Part shown: piece by piece, positions 20,821 to 31,196 of the stretch
Layout: every line of letters starts with the position of its first letter
Numbering within the stretch: position 1 is the stretch's first letter
Origin: Alphaproteobacteria bacterium
Lineage (GTDB): Bacteria > Pseudomonadota > Alphaproteobacteria > SP197
DNA length: 64,000 nt
NCBI GenBank assembly: GCA_964291415.2
Contig: OZ219918.1
Location: 800,001 to 864,000 of the forward strand
Reading direction: 5' to 3'
Position numbers and translations under genes: made by a program
The notes under the pieces: model-generated
Seen by the model: only the letters and a program-made list of their open reading frames with translations
Told to the model about the DNA's origin: nothing
The model's database searches: none

Positions 20821-21864
20821 ATGGACCTGCCGGAACTGACCATTGCCTCGCAGTCCGACGGCAACCCCGACCGGGTATGCTTCGGGTTCCTCCTGCTCCC
20901 AGAGTTCCCACTCTACGGCCTGGTCCCGGCCATCGAGGCCCTGCGCATCGCAAATCAGAACAACGGAAGGAAGATCTACGACTGGCAGCTGATCTCCGAA
21001 TCAGGTGGACCGGTCAAAGCCGGAAACGGCGTGTCGCTGAATGTGGACACCACCATCACGAACGCCGGTTCGCTGCCTATCGTCCTGGTTTTCGGCGGCA
21101 ATCACCCGACGCGGCATCTGTCCAAGAAAGTGCTGAACTGGCTGCGCCGACTGGGCCGCCATGGCAGCGTCGTCGGAGGGATCGACACCGGGGCCTTCGC
21201 CCTGGCGGAAGCCGGCCTTCTGCAAGGGCGGCGCGCCACCTTGCACTGGGAATCGTTCTTCACGTTCAGGGAACTCTACCCTGACATCGAAGTGATCGAA
21301 CAACTCTACAGCATCGACCGCGGCCGCATCACCTGTGCGGGCGGTCACGCCACGCTCGACATGATGCTGGGCATCATCAGCGAGCTCAATGGCGCGGCCC
21401 TCGCGCAGGTCGTCGCCAACGCCTTCGTGGCCCACCGGCAACGCGACAGCGACGAGCCCCAGAGGCTGGATCCTTGGCCCCCGCACCAGGACGGCAAGTC
21501 GCCCCTGAACAGGGTGTTGCAGGGCATGGAAGAGAACATCCAGACTCCGCTGTCGGCCGGCGCCCTTGCCGATCGAGCGGGAGTCTCCGTTCGTGCCCTC
21601 AACCGCCTCGTTCACGAGAGCCTTGGCGATGCGCCGATGAGCTACTATCGCAAGGTGCGGCTGCAGGCTGCCCGCAGAATGCTGTTCTACAGCGATCTGG
21701 CGATTCGCGATGTTGCCTTCGCTTGCGGATTCGGCTCCCCGGAAGTGTTTTCACGGTGTTTCAAGGCCCACTTCGGTGTATCACCGCGCGAGTACCGGCG
21801 CCGGACAAGCAGCCACCAACTCGAGAGGTACCGGCCGGAGCTCCGGCAGGAATTGACGTTCTGA
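20821..21864 (+). CDS. GlxA/GbdR-type AraC regulator (DJ-1 + HTH)
   Basis: IEALRIAN, GIDTGAFALAEAGLL, ATLHW, ACGFGSPEVFSRCFK. Confidence 0.92.
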   Translation: MDLPELTIASQSDGNPDRVCFGFLLLPEFPLYGLVPAIEALRIANQNNGRKIYDWQLISESGGPVKAGNGVSLNVDTTITNAGSLPIVLVFGGNHPTRHLSKKVLNWLRRLGRHGSVVGGIDTGAFALAEAGLLQGRRATLHWESFFTFRELYPDIEVIEQLYSIDRGRITCAGGHATLDMMLGIISELNGAALAQVVANAFVAHRQRDSDEPQRLDPWPPHQDGKSPLNRVLQGMEENIQTPLSAGALADRAGVSVRALNRLVHESLGDAPMSYYRKVRLQAARRMLFYSDLAIRDVAFACGFGSPEVFSRCFKAHFGVSPREYRRRTSSHQLERYRPELRQELTF

Positions 21865-21963
21865 CGGACCTTCCGCGTTCCGGGTGTTTTCGCGAGGCGG
21901 GAAGACATCGTCGCTTCAGGCATGTCACCGGTGATCGTGTTCTGGACTGAACGGGAGAAAGCT

Positions 21964-22926
21964 GTGTCGGTCAGAGGTTTGAGAGAGGATCTTGAGGGTT
22001 GCTATGTCACCATTCCCACGCCATTTGCGGATACTCCCGGAATGGAAATCAACGAACCCGCGCTCAGGGAGCACGTCCGGTTCCTCGTCGATTCCGGGTT
22101 GAGCGGCGATTACGCCACGTTTCTTGCCGGCGGTGCGGCCGGCGACTTCTCGACCATGACTTTCGATGAACGTGTCCGCGTGGCAACGATCGTCGTCGAG
22201 GAAGTGGATGGAGCGGCACCGGTCGCGATGGGAGCCCAGACGACATCGACGCTCGAACTCGTGCGCCTTGCCAGGGCCGCCAAGGCGCTCGGTGCCCGGT
22301 TCATCCAGGTCTCATGCCCATTCTACTTCACCCATACCGAGGGCGATTTCGAGGACTATGTCCGCGCCGCTGCCGCTGCCGAGCCAGACCTTGGCATTAT
22401 TGTCTACAACACATTCTGGACCAGCCAGAATCTCTCCTTTGCGATGATCGAACGGTTGGCGGGGATTCCGAACATCGTCGGTCTCAAATGGGCGACCCCG
22501 CGCTCCGATTCGATGGAGTTCGAGAGCGTCGTCTCGACGTTTTCCGACCGATTCACCATCATCGACAACAACCTCCTGTTCTCGATGAGCGCGATGCCGG
22601 CACTCGGCGCCCGCGCCTTTGAGGTCCATCACTGCAACTTCTGGCCGGAGTGGGGTACCAGGCTGATCGATGCAGTCAACGCGTGCAACTACGCGGAAAT
22701 CGCCCGCATGCTCGTGGAGGAGGCGATGCCCTTCTACAAGCTCTGGGTCGAGATCGAGAATGACTACACCAGCGGTGACGGATACCTCGACAAGCTGTGC
22801 ATGGAGCTCGTCGGCCTTCCTTCAAGCCGCTGCCGTCCACCGACAAGGGATATCCGCGAGCTCTACAGGGACCGCTGCCACGCGATGATGAAGTCCATCG
22901 GGGTGCCACGGCTCGTTCAGGCATGA
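21964..22926 (+). CDS. DapA/N-acetylneuraminate lyase-family class I aldolase
   Basis: TIPTPF, GAAGDFSTMTFDER, IVYN, VGLK (Schiff-base Lys). Confidence 0.85.
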   Translation: MSVRGLREDLEGCYVTIPTPFADTPGMEINEPALREHVRFLVDSGLSGDYATFLAGGAAGDFSTMTFDERVRVATIVVEEVDGAAPVAMGAQTTSTLELVRLARAAKALGARFIQVSCPFYFTHTEGDFEDYVRAAAAAEPDLGIIVYNTFWTSQNLSFAMIERLAGIPNIVGLKWATPRSDSMEFESVVSTFSDRFTIIDNNLLFSMSAMPALGARAFEVHHCNFWPEWGTRLIDAVNACNYAEIARMLVEEAMPFYKLWVEIENDYTSGDGYLDKLCMELVGLPSSRCRPPTRDIRELYRDRCHAMMKSIGVPRLVQA

Positions 22927-22981
22927 CAGCCGGGCACGGTTCACAATTGCGCCGGCGCAACAGGCGGGAAGGGAGCAGACC

Positions 22982-24190
22982 GTGTCGCCGATCCGGAACC
23001 TGACGTACCACGATATCTTCCGACACCCGGAACATTGCGTGAACCAGATTGCGCAACGCACGCTCAGGAGCGGAGATATCCTGGCGGTCTTCAACGAGGA
23101 ACGGTTTCCGTTTCATCACGACAGCGGTCAGACCCTGATGACGCGATCCCGGGATGGAGGACTGACATGGTCCACACCTCGCATCATCGTTCCCTGGACT
23201 GCGACCCAGGGGAACTGGGATTGCGGCATCTGCGAGTTGGGCGACGGAACGCTGATCGTGAATTTCACGATGACGGGGTTCTTCAAGCGCGGAATGAAGG
23301 CCGAAAGCCCGTCATGGAGTTCCTTCCCGCTCACCGATGAATGGGGGGACTGGACCTGGTCTTTCAAGACCCAGGCATGGCTTGGCACATTCGTGATTCG
23401 CTCGAGGGACGGTGGCGACACATGGACCGAACCGATCCCCGTCAACATCCGCCCGATGAAACACGGCGGCTGCCGGCTCGGCGCCTGGGAACTGCCGGAC
23501 GGCGGCCTCATTCTGGCGCTCTACGGCCGGATGCGTGAGTACTCCGAGGATGGCACCGGCGAGACCAACCGCTGCTTCCTCGTTCGTTCCGACGATGGCG
23601 GCGACAACTGGGACTACTACGGTACGCTGGCCTATGATCCCAACAACATCATTGACTACGAGGAAGCCGGGATCGTTCGCCTGGACGACGGGCGCCTGGT
23701 GTCGTTCATGCGCACCCACCTGCAGCCCAGTCAGGACACCAAGTGCATGATCATGGTGGTCTCCGAGGATGACGGCTTCACGTGGTCGCAGCCGAAATGG
23801 ACCAGGATCTGGGGATATCCTCCCGAACTCATCCGGCTTCAGGACGGACGTTACCTGCTGGTCTACGGCTATCGCCGGCCGTCCTACGGAGTTCGCGGCA
23901 TCATTTCCGACAACGGGATTGACTGGGATGTGGCGAACGAGTTCGTGATCAGCGAAGGCGGTATTCCGGCGACCTCGCACGAGGCGAAGCCGTCCTCAAG
24001 CCGCGTCGTCCCGGCGGCGGGAATCTATGACGAGGGGGCGGTCAACTACTTCCACCCGGGCCTTTACCAGCACATCGGATACCCCACGGTGGCCCAGGCG
24101 GCCGATGGCACCGTGGTCTGTTCGTATCATGAGTGGAGCAGGGACGAGAGGCCTCTGCAAATCCTGAAGTGCGCACGGTTCGAAGTCTGA
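22982..24190 (+). CDS. Asp-box (BNR) repeat sialidase-like protein, paralog 2
   Basis: Same motifs as paralog 1 (HPEHCVNQIA, HHDSGQTL, GNWDCGI, KHGGCRLG, QHIGYPTVAQ). Confidence 0.85.
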   Translation: MSPIRNLTYHDIFRHPEHCVNQIAQRTLRSGDILAVFNEERFPFHHDSGQTLMTRSRDGGLTWSTPRIIVPWTATQGNWDCGICELGDGTLIVNFTMTGFFKRGMKAESPSWSSFPLTDEWGDWTWSFKTQAWLGTFVIRSRDGGDTWTEPIPVNIRPMKHGGCRLGAWELPDGGLILALYGRMREYSEDGTGETNRCFLVRSDDGGDNWDYYGTLAYDPNNIIDYEEAGIVRLDDGRLVSFMRTHLQPSQDTKCMIMVVSEDDGFTWSQPKWTRIWGYPPELIRLQDGRYLLVYGYRRPSYGVRGIISDNGIDWDVANEFVISEGGIPATSHEAKPSSSRVVPAAGIYDEGAVNYFHPGLYQHIGYPTVAQAADGTVVCSYHEWSRDERPLQILKCARFEV

Positions 24191-24223
24191 ACCGCTCCTG
24201 CGCCTGGCCCCGGAAACCGGACG

Positions 24224-25132
24224 ATGGATATCGCGGTCTGCATCGAACTTGATCGTGAGGAACGACGAAGGCTCGTCCGTGGTGTCGGGGACTGGCCGGT
24301 CACCTTCAGCCAGGCTGCGGAGCCCTGCACCGCGGCCATCATGTTCGGCAATCCGGTGCCCGATGTCGTTGCGGCGAATTCCGGTCTGCGGTGGCTGCAA
24401 CTTGAATCGGTCGGTTTCGGTGAATACGCCGGCCTCGACTGGTCGCGTTCCGGCCGATCGGTGCAGGTGACCAACCTCGCCGGGTTCTTTGCGGATCCGG
24501 TGGCAGAAACGGCCCTTGCCGGCATTCTCTCCCTGGGCCGGGGTGTTGATCGCCTTGTGGCGTTGCGCAAGCGTCGGGAGTGGGTGGGTGACCCGGTTCG
24601 TGGCGGCCTGCGATTGTTGCGTGGTTCGCATGTTGTCCTCTTCGGACGCGGGACGATCAACTCGCGGCTGGCGGAGCTCCTGAAACCGTTTCGCTGCCGC
24701 ATCACGATCTTCGGCCGCGACTGGACGCCCGATGCGCTCGACAACGCACTGTCGACGGCCGATGTCGTCGTGGCGACGGTGCCGCATACGCCCGAGACAA
24801 TCGGACTGTTTGACGCGGACCGCCTGTCACGCATCAAGTCGGGCGCGGTGTTCTGCAATCTGGGCCGGGGATCCCTCGTCGATGAAGAAGCCCTGGCGAC
24901 GGCGCTGGCGCACGAGCACCTGGGCGGCGCCGTGATCGACGTCACGCGCGACGAGCCACTGCCCCGAGGCCATGTGTTCTGGACGGCGCCCAACGTCATC
25001 CTTACCCAGCATTCGGGTGGAGGCAGCAGCGACGAGATTGACAGGAAGATCGACCACTTTCTCGAGAATCTCGCCCGGTTTCGCAGCGGAACGCCTCTCG
25101 TCGGCATGGTCGACTTCGAGCGGGGATACTGA
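24224..25132 (+). CDS. D-isomer-specific 2-hydroxyacid dehydrogenase
   Basis: NLGRG, DVTRDEP, TQHSGG catalytic Arg/Glu/His; degenerate Rossmann GRGTIN. Confidence 0.85.
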   Translation: MDIAVCIELDREERRRLVRGVGDWPVTFSQAAEPCTAAIMFGNPVPDVVAANSGLRWLQLESVGFGEYAGLDWSRSGRSVQVTNLAGFFADPVAETALAGILSLGRGVDRLVALRKRREWVGDPVRGGLRLLRGSHVVLFGRGTINSRLAELLKPFRCRITIFGRDWTPDALDNALSTADVVVATVPHTPETIGLFDADRLSRIKSGAVFCNLGRGSLVDEEALATALAHEHLGGAVIDVTRDEPLPRGHVFWTAPNVILTQHSGGGSSDEIDRKIDHFLENLARFRSGTPLVGMVDFERGY

Positions 25133-26329
25133 TGCCGCGAATCACGCATTGCCGTTGTCTGCTCCTCACATCGCCCTATGCCGATGCCGATGATCCCGAG
25201 ATCAAGGAGTGCTTTCCCAATGGTCCCAGGCGCACCATCGGAATGGTCGAGGTGACGCTCGAGAATGGCGTGACGGGACTCGGCGAGGGATACCTTGCGG
25301 TGTTCGCGCCGAAGGTCTTCCGGTCGATCGTCGAACTCTGCATCCCCCAGGTTCTGGGCAAGGACGCCTTCGACATCTCCGGCCGGGTTCGCGACCTGCG
25401 CTCGCTCTGCGATTACTGGTCGCTCCAGGGGGCCGCCCGCCATGTCATTTCCGCCTTCGAAATCGCGTTGCAGGACGCGAAGGGCAAGTCGCTGGGCAAG
25501 CCGGTCTATGATCTTCTCGGCGGTGCCAGGGCCGATGCGATCCGGATATACGGCTCCGGCGGTTGCTGCGATCGCAAGGATCAGTTTCTGCGCGAACTCG
25601 ACCTGCTCGAATCTCTCGGAATCTCCGCCTACAAGATCCGCGCGGTCAAGGGCGACATACGGCGTACCTGCTGGGTGCTCGACGAGGCCCGCCGGAGGGG
25701 TATCGAGGTGGGGGTCGACATGTGCCAGAATCTTGCCGACCCGCCCCAGGCGGTTGACGACGTCGTGGCCTATGTCGATGCGGTTCACGCCCGGACAGAC
25801 GCCAGGATGATCTTTGTCGAGGAAGCGCTGGGCCCGGAGTGTGTCGAAGAATACCGCGAACTGAAGGGCCCGTACGGACGTCCCGGTCTGTGGCGGCGAG
25901 ATCATCACCACGCCCTGGGACATGATCCGGCGCATCAACGACGACGTCTATGACTTTGTCCAGCCCGACGCCTCGGTGATTGGCGGCATCTCGGCGGTGA
26001 TGGATATCTTCCATGCCGCGCGCGAGAGAAAAACGGATGTCGTCGTCCATGCCTGGGGAGGAGCGGTGGCAATCATGGCGAGCTACCATGCGGCGTTTGC
26101 CGGTGGTGGCAGCCTCGTCGAGTACCCCATGCTGGACTTTCCGCTGGCGCGCGAGATGATGGGCGATGAGGGGCATATCCGGGACGGCCAGCTTCTTCGT
26201 TCCACCGCAGCCGGACTCGGGCTCACCCTGACTCCCGAGATGGAAGCGCGCTATCCCTTTGACGAGACGGCGGTCTATTCCTGTGCGTTGCTCGACTACG
26301 GCCCGCCACCCGACAGTTACTGGGAGTGA
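25132..26329 (+). pseudogene. Mandelate racemase/enolase-superfamily enzyme with a +1 frameshift (possibly a sequencing error)
   Basis: Removing one G at 25866-25868 joins ...EYRELK to ARTDVPVCGGEII and gives 398 aa; KIR, GVD, FVEE, GGE, VHAW motifs. Confidence 0.8.
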
Positions 26330-26348
26330 GCGGAACCCTTCCGCCGCA

Positions 26349-27785
26349 TCACAGCCGGATCGCCACGTTCTTGACCGCCAGGTAGTTTCGCACGCCCGCA
26401 AGGCCGCGCTCGCGACCGACTCCACTCTCCTTCATGCCTCCGGTTGGAGCCTGGACTCCGCCCATGAACCAACCGTTGATCCACACCGATCCGTGTTCGA
26501 GCTGTTGGGCCATGCCCAGCGCGCGGCTGATATCCCGGGTGTAGACCCCGGCAGCCAGCCCGTAACCCAGAGCGTTGGCGATCGCGACCGCCTGATCGGC
26601 ATCCCCGATGTCGACCACGACGCCGACCGGTCCGAAGACCTCCTCTCGGGCAATGGCCATGTCCGGGGACACGCGATCGAGCACGGTCGGCTCGATGAAG
26701 TAGCCGCGGTCCAGATGCTGCGGGCGGCCACCGCCCTGTCGTACGCGTCCGCCGGCCGCGACCCCGGCATCGATGTGACCGCGTACCCTGGCGTACTGCT
26801 CGCTGGAGATCACCGGTCCCAGGGAGGGGTTCTCCAGGCCGGGACCAATGGAGAGCGACGCCGCTCCGGCGCACAAGCGGTCGATGAATTCCTCGCGGAT
26901 TGCCGGTGCGAGGAGATAGCGCGAAGCCGAGGAACAGACCTGCCCGGTGTTGTCGAAGGACGCCAGGAGGGCGTCATCCACCGCCCGGTCAAGGTCGGCG
27001 TCCTCGAGGACGATCATCGGATTCTTGCCACCCAGCTCCAGCACGACCGGCGTGATGCCCTGTGCGGCGGCAGACATGATCCTGCGGCCGGTTTCGACTG
27101 ATCCGGTGAAGGTGATGCCGCGTACGAGAGGATGGCGCACGAGCGCTTCGCCGGCCTCCTCGCCAAGGCCGGTGACGATGTTGACGACCCCGTCCGGTAT
27201 CCCCGCCTGTTCGGCGAGCCTGGCGAAGGCGAGCGCCGACAGCGGCGACTGTTCGGCAGGTTTCAGAACACAGGTGCAGCCTGCCGCAAGCGCCGGGGCG
27301 AGTGAGCGGATCGCCATGCCCAGGGGAAAGTTCCAGGGCACGATATGGGCGGTCACGCCAAGCGGCTCCAGCATCGTGAAATCGACGACGTCGCGGCCGA
27401 GCGGCACCGTGATGCCCTCCATCTTGTCGGCCGCTCCCGCGTTGTAGCGCAGCGTTTCGACAACACCGTCGATGTCGCCACGGGAACCGTCGATCGGCTT
27501 GCCGGCATCGAGAGTTTCGAGCCGCGCGAGATTCTCGCGCTCGTTCTCGATCAGCCCGGCCAGCCGCTCAAGGATTCTGCCTCGGTCCGCCGGCGCGATG
27601 GCGGACCAGTCCCCGTGTTGCGCCCGGTGTGCCGCCTGAACGGCCGCGTCGACGTCCTCGCCCACGGAGCGCGCGAAACGCGCCAGAGGTTCTTCCGTTG
27701 CCGGATCGATGGTGTCGAGGAACGTTCCGGTGGCCGGAGCCACCGGTTTTCCGCCGATGTGATTCATGTGAACTGGGTCAACCAC
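26349..27785 (-). CDS. Aldehyde dehydrogenase
   Basis: PWNFP, FTGS, LELGGK, GQVCS, EEVFGP. Confidence 0.94.
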   Translation of the reverse strand: MVDPVHMNHIGGKPVAPATGTFLDTIDPATEEPLARFARSVGEDVDAAVQAAHRAQHGDWSAIAPADRGRILERLAGLIENERENLARLETLDAGKPIDGSRGDIDGVVETLRYNAGAADKMEGITVPLGRDVVDFTMLEPLGVTAHIVPWNFPLGMAIRSLAPALAAGCTCVLKPAEQSPLSALAFARLAEQAGIPDGVVNIVTGLGEEAGEALVRHPLVRGITFTGSVETGRRIMSAAAQGITPVVLELGGKNPMIVLEDADLDRAVDDALLASFDNTGQVCSSASRYLLAPAIREEFIDRLCAGAASLSIGPGLENPSLGPVISSEQYARVRGHIDAGVAAGGRVRQGGGRPQHLDRGYFIEPTVLDRVSPDMAIAREEVFGPVGVVVDIGDADQAVAIANALGYGLAAGVYTRDISRALGMAQQLEHGSVWINGWFMGGVQAPTGGMKESGVGRERGLAGVRNYLAVKNVAIRL

Positions 27786-28644
27786 GAAGCGCTCCGCTCG
27801 AAATTCCCTGGATGAAGTAGCGTTGAAGAATGAGGAAGACGAGCACGCTCGGGACGCACAGGACGGTCACCCCCGCCATCGACAGCGCGAAGCCTTCAAG
27901 CTGGGTGGCCGTACCGGATATCGGCGTGAATGCCGCAATGCCGACGGGCAGGGTCTTCATGTCCTCCTTGAAGACCGCCAGCAATGGCCACAGGAAGTTG
28001 TTCCAGTTGAGCACGAAGATGATGATTGTCGCGGCGATCAGCGGTGCCCGGGCCAGGGGCAACGCGATCTTCCAGAAAATCAACCCGTGTCCCGCACCAT
28101 CGATCCTCGCCGCGTCCTCAAGGTCTCGCGGAAAGGTCAGGAAGAACTGCCTGAAGATCAGGACGCTGAAGACGTTGCCGACCGACGGCAGGATCAGCGC
28201 CTGGTAGGTGTTCGCCCAACCCACCTTGATGATGCCGAGCAGCATCGGAACGGCGTAGACCTCGATCGGCACCATGAGCGAGGCGACATAGAGGAAGAAC
28301 AGCATGTGACGGCCGGGAAAATTCATCCGCGCCAGGGCGTATCCCGCCAGGGCTCCCGACATCACGCACAGGAATGTGGCGCTGACCGAGACGATGATGC
28401 TGTTGAGCGTCCAGCGCCAAACCGGGTACTTCGTGAAGATATCGACGTAGTTCTGGAAGGTGACGCGGTTTGGCAGCCATTCGATGTCCACGGTCATCAC
28501 GTCTCCCGGGTACTTCAGGGAGGTCGAGATCATCCAGACAAAGGGCATGACCCAGAGCGCGGCGATCGCCAGCCCGACGATCCACACGGGAATGTCGCCG
28601 GCGGCCATCCCGTATTCGCGTTTGAGGTATGCCAGGGGGTTCAT
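27778..28644 (-). CDS. Carbohydrate ABC transporter permease (MalG-like)
   Basis: LEDAARIDGA EAA loop, WNNFLWPL. Confidence 0.93.
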   Translation of the reverse strand: MNPLAYLKREYGMAAGDIPVWIVGLAIAALWVMPFVWMISTSLKYPGDVMTVDIEWLPNRVTFQNYVDIFTKYPVWRWTLNSIIVSVSATFLCVMSGALAGYALARMNFPGRHMLFFLYVASLMVPIEVYAVPMLLGIIKVGWANTYQALILPSVGNVFSVLIFRQFFLTFPRDLEDAARIDGAGHGLIFWKIALPLARAPLIAATIIIFVLNWNNFLWPLLAVFKEDMKTLPVGIAAFTPISGTATQLEGFALSMAGVTVLCVPSVLVFLILQRYFIQGISSGALRG

Positions 28645-29522
28645 GTGGACTGTTCCCGGATCAACCTGCGACTGAGGAAGGTCACGAGAAGAATCACGAC
28701 GAAGAGCATCATCGAGACGGCCGCGCCGAGCCCGAACTTCTGGTTGCGGATCGCCACGGTGTAGATCTCGAAGAGGACGGATGTGGACGATGAAGCCGGT
28801 CCACCACTCGTCATCACGTAGACCTGGCTGAAGATCCTCAGTGTCGCAATGAGCTGCAGGGTGATCACCATGCTCAGCACCGGGCGAAGCATGGGCAGGG
28901 TCACGTAGCGGAAGCGCTGCCAGCGTGTGGCGCCGTCGATCTCCGCGGCGTCGTACATGTCACCGGGAATGTCCTGCAGGCCCGCGAGAATCAGGACGAA
29001 AGCAAGACCCATGTCCCACCAGATCGAGGTGATGCCGACACCATAGAGGGACCAACTGGTGCTGGTGAGCCAGGGGATGTTGTCGATTCCCAGATACCCC
29101 AGGTAGTGATTGGCAATGCCGAACTGGGTGTCCAGGATCCAGACCCATACCAGTCCGATCACCGTTGCCGAGACCACATAGGGAGAAAAGAAACAGACCC
29201 GCGCCACAGACGACAGCGGCCACCGGTTGTTGACATAGAGTGCCGCCATGAGTCCGAGAACCAGCACTCCCGGCACGATGGTCAGGCCGTAGAGGAGAAT
29301 GTTCTGGAACGAAATGAGGATCTGGTCGTTTTCCAGCGCCTTCTGGTAGTTGTCCAGCCCGACGTACTTCGGCGGTCCGAAGATGCCCCATTTCATGAAA
29401 GACAGGTACGCGGCGAACAGGATCGGCGCGATGTTGAAGACCAGGAACGGAGCGGTGAAAACGGCGACGAAAGCGTAGGCGGCCCAATCGACCGGTGGTT
29501 TCTGGCTGCGGTAATTCAGCAT
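28641..29522 (-). CDS. Carbohydrate ABC transporter permease (MalF-like)
   Basis: YDAAEIDGA, RFRYVTLPML. Confidence 0.93.
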   Translation of the reverse strand: MLNYRSQKPPVDWAAYAFVAVFTAPFLVFNIAPILFAAYLSFMKWGIFGPPKYVGLDNYQKALENDQILISFQNILLYGLTIVPGVLVLGLMAALYVNNRWPLSSVARVCFFSPYVVSATVIGLVWVWILDTQFGIANHYLGYLGIDNIPWLTSTSWSLYGVGITSIWWDMGLAFVLILAGLQDIPGDMYDAAEIDGATRWQRFRYVTLPMLRPVLSMVITLQLIATLRIFSQVYVMTSGGPASSSTSVLFEIYTVAIRNQKFGLGAAVSMMLFVVILLVTFLSRRLIREQST

Positions 29523-29641
29523 GTCTCCACCCATGCCGCACGCGTCGTGCGCAAGGCCCCAATCAACAACGGGCGGGATGTCCCGGGTCTCCGCGGATTC
29601 AGCGCACGGCCAGACCGCGGAACTTGACCCGGGGTCTGTGG

Positions 29642-29665
29642 CCCGGGGGGCCGTAGCCCCCCGGG
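29642..29665 (-). other. Intercistronic hairpin after the binding-protein gene (likely mRNA stabiliser)
   Basis: CCCGGGGGGC-CGTA-GCCCCCCGGG, perfect 10-bp stem. Confidence 0.5.
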
Positions 29666-29672
29666 ATCACGT

Positions 29673-30989
29673 TCAGCCCTCTTCGAGGGCTTCGCCCCAG
29701 CCGTCCTGGAGCCGTGTCATGGCATCATCAATGGATGTCTGGCCGGCCCAGACGAGTTCCAGGGTCTTCGCCAGGAAGTTGCCACCGGAATAGATGTTGA
29801 AGTCCGCGCCGTTGATGATCGGAAAATCGGCAATGGCGGTCGCGAACTCGAGGCCGTCGACGAACGCCCCGCGCACATCCCAGGGGGCGCCCGCGGTCTT
29901 GTAGTCGCTGCGGCCGAGAATCGACTGCCTCGGAGACGCCCCGCGGCCCTCGGTGCACCACAGGAAGCTGTTGTCCGACAGCCACGTCACGGCGTCCATC
30001 GTCGCCTGGTAGCGCGAAGGATCGCTCTGAATGTAGAGCTCGAGGGCACCGCGCTCGAAGTAGGTCACGCGTTTCCCGCCGATGTTCGGAAACAGCTTGG
30101 TCACGAAGGGCAGCTCCTGCGCCAGGTAGCCGTTGATCGTCCATGGACCGGTCCAGAAGACGGAGCCCTGGCCGGTACCGAAGGCCTTGTAGCGGTCGGT
30201 GACATCGCGGGTTGATACCTTGTGCGTGTCGAACAGATCGAGCACCCATTGCATCGCCGCCTTGCCGGCGTCGGGATTCACGCAGACGGTCGAGAAATCG
30301 TCGCTGATGCGCTGAAAACCCATCTGCTCGGCAACAATGCCCCAGGTGACCGTTGGCTGCACACCCGACCCGGTCATCATGATGCCGGATCGCACGACCG
30401 TGTCGCCGTCCCGCTTGGTCATCGCCTTTGCCCACTCGATCAGACCGTCGCCGTCTTCGGGCCAGTCGTTGATGTCGAGTCCGGCCTCGGCCACATGAGC
30501 GGTGTTGACCTCGGGCTGGATCGACATCAGGTCAAGCGGGACCTGGAAGAGTTCGTCGCCGCCGTAGTTCGGGAACTTCGAGGCATTGATCGAGAACTCC
30601 GAAAAGTCCGACAAATCGAGTCCCGAATTGGCGGCAAGTTCGTTCAGAGGTACCAGAAGCCCGTCACGCACGAACGCCGGACGCGGATCCGTATTCCAGC
30701 CGAAGTCGGGGGCTTCGCCCGCCGCGGCGGAGGCCAGGACCTTGGTGGTGTAGTCATCCCAGTTGATGACCTCCATCCGGATCGAGACGCCCTTGTCCTT
30801 GTGCGCTTCGTTGAAGTTCTGGATCATCTGTGCCCAGACCTCTCCGTCCGAAGCCGCAAGCGGGCTCCAGTGAACAAGCTCAAGCGCGGCCGAAGCGCGG
30901 CGGATGAACGGCATGGGAAGGGCGCTCGCCAGGGCAAGTGAGCCACCCGTCTTGATGACCTTGCGGCGCGTTACTCCTGATTTCTTCAT
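29673..30989 (-). CDS. ABC transporter sugar-binding protein, Tat-exported
   Basis: TRRKVIK twin-arginine signal; family 1 SBP features (AGEAPD, GLLVPL, TGPW). Confidence 0.9.
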   Translation of the reverse strand: MKKSGVTRRKVIKTGGSLALASALPMPFIRRASAALELVHWSPLAASDGEVWAQMIQNFNEAHKDKGVSIRMEVINWDDYTTKVLASAAAGEAPDFGWNTDPRPAFVRDGLLVPLNELAANSGLDLSDFSEFSINASKFPNYGGDELFQVPLDLMSIQPEVNTAHVAEAGLDINDWPEDGDGLIEWAKAMTKRDGDTVVRSGIMMTGSGVQPTVTWGIVAEQMGFQRISDDFSTVCVNPDAGKAAMQWVLDLFDTHKVSTRDVTDRYKAFGTGQGSVFWTGPWTINGYLAQELPFVTKLFPNIGGKRVTYFERGALELYIQSDPSRYQATMDAVTWLSDNSFLWCTEGRGASPRQSILGRSDYKTAGAPWDVRGAFVDGLEFATAIADFPIINGADFNIYSGGNFLAKTLELVWAGQTSIDDAMTRLQDGWGEALEEG

Positions 30990-31111
30990 CGTTGTCCTCC
31001 TGGTCGTGTCGGTACCCGCACGCGGGAACCTGAATCTAGCGTGCGACCGTTCCCGCCGCACCAGTGGTCAATAGCATACTTCGACGCTGCCATACATTGA
31101 AGGTATCGACG

Positions 31112-31126
31112 TCCTGTCTGACAGGA
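31112..31126. promoter_or_regulatory. Palindromic operator candidate (GntR-type TGTCnGACA)
   Basis: TCCTGTC-T-GACAGGA in the divergent SBP/MOSC intergenic region. Confidence 0.5.
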
Positions 31127-31196
31127 TGCCGACATCGGTGGCGCGGGTATCGCACCGGGGTGATAGGATCGAAGCGCAAACGAGGGGGCACGATCC

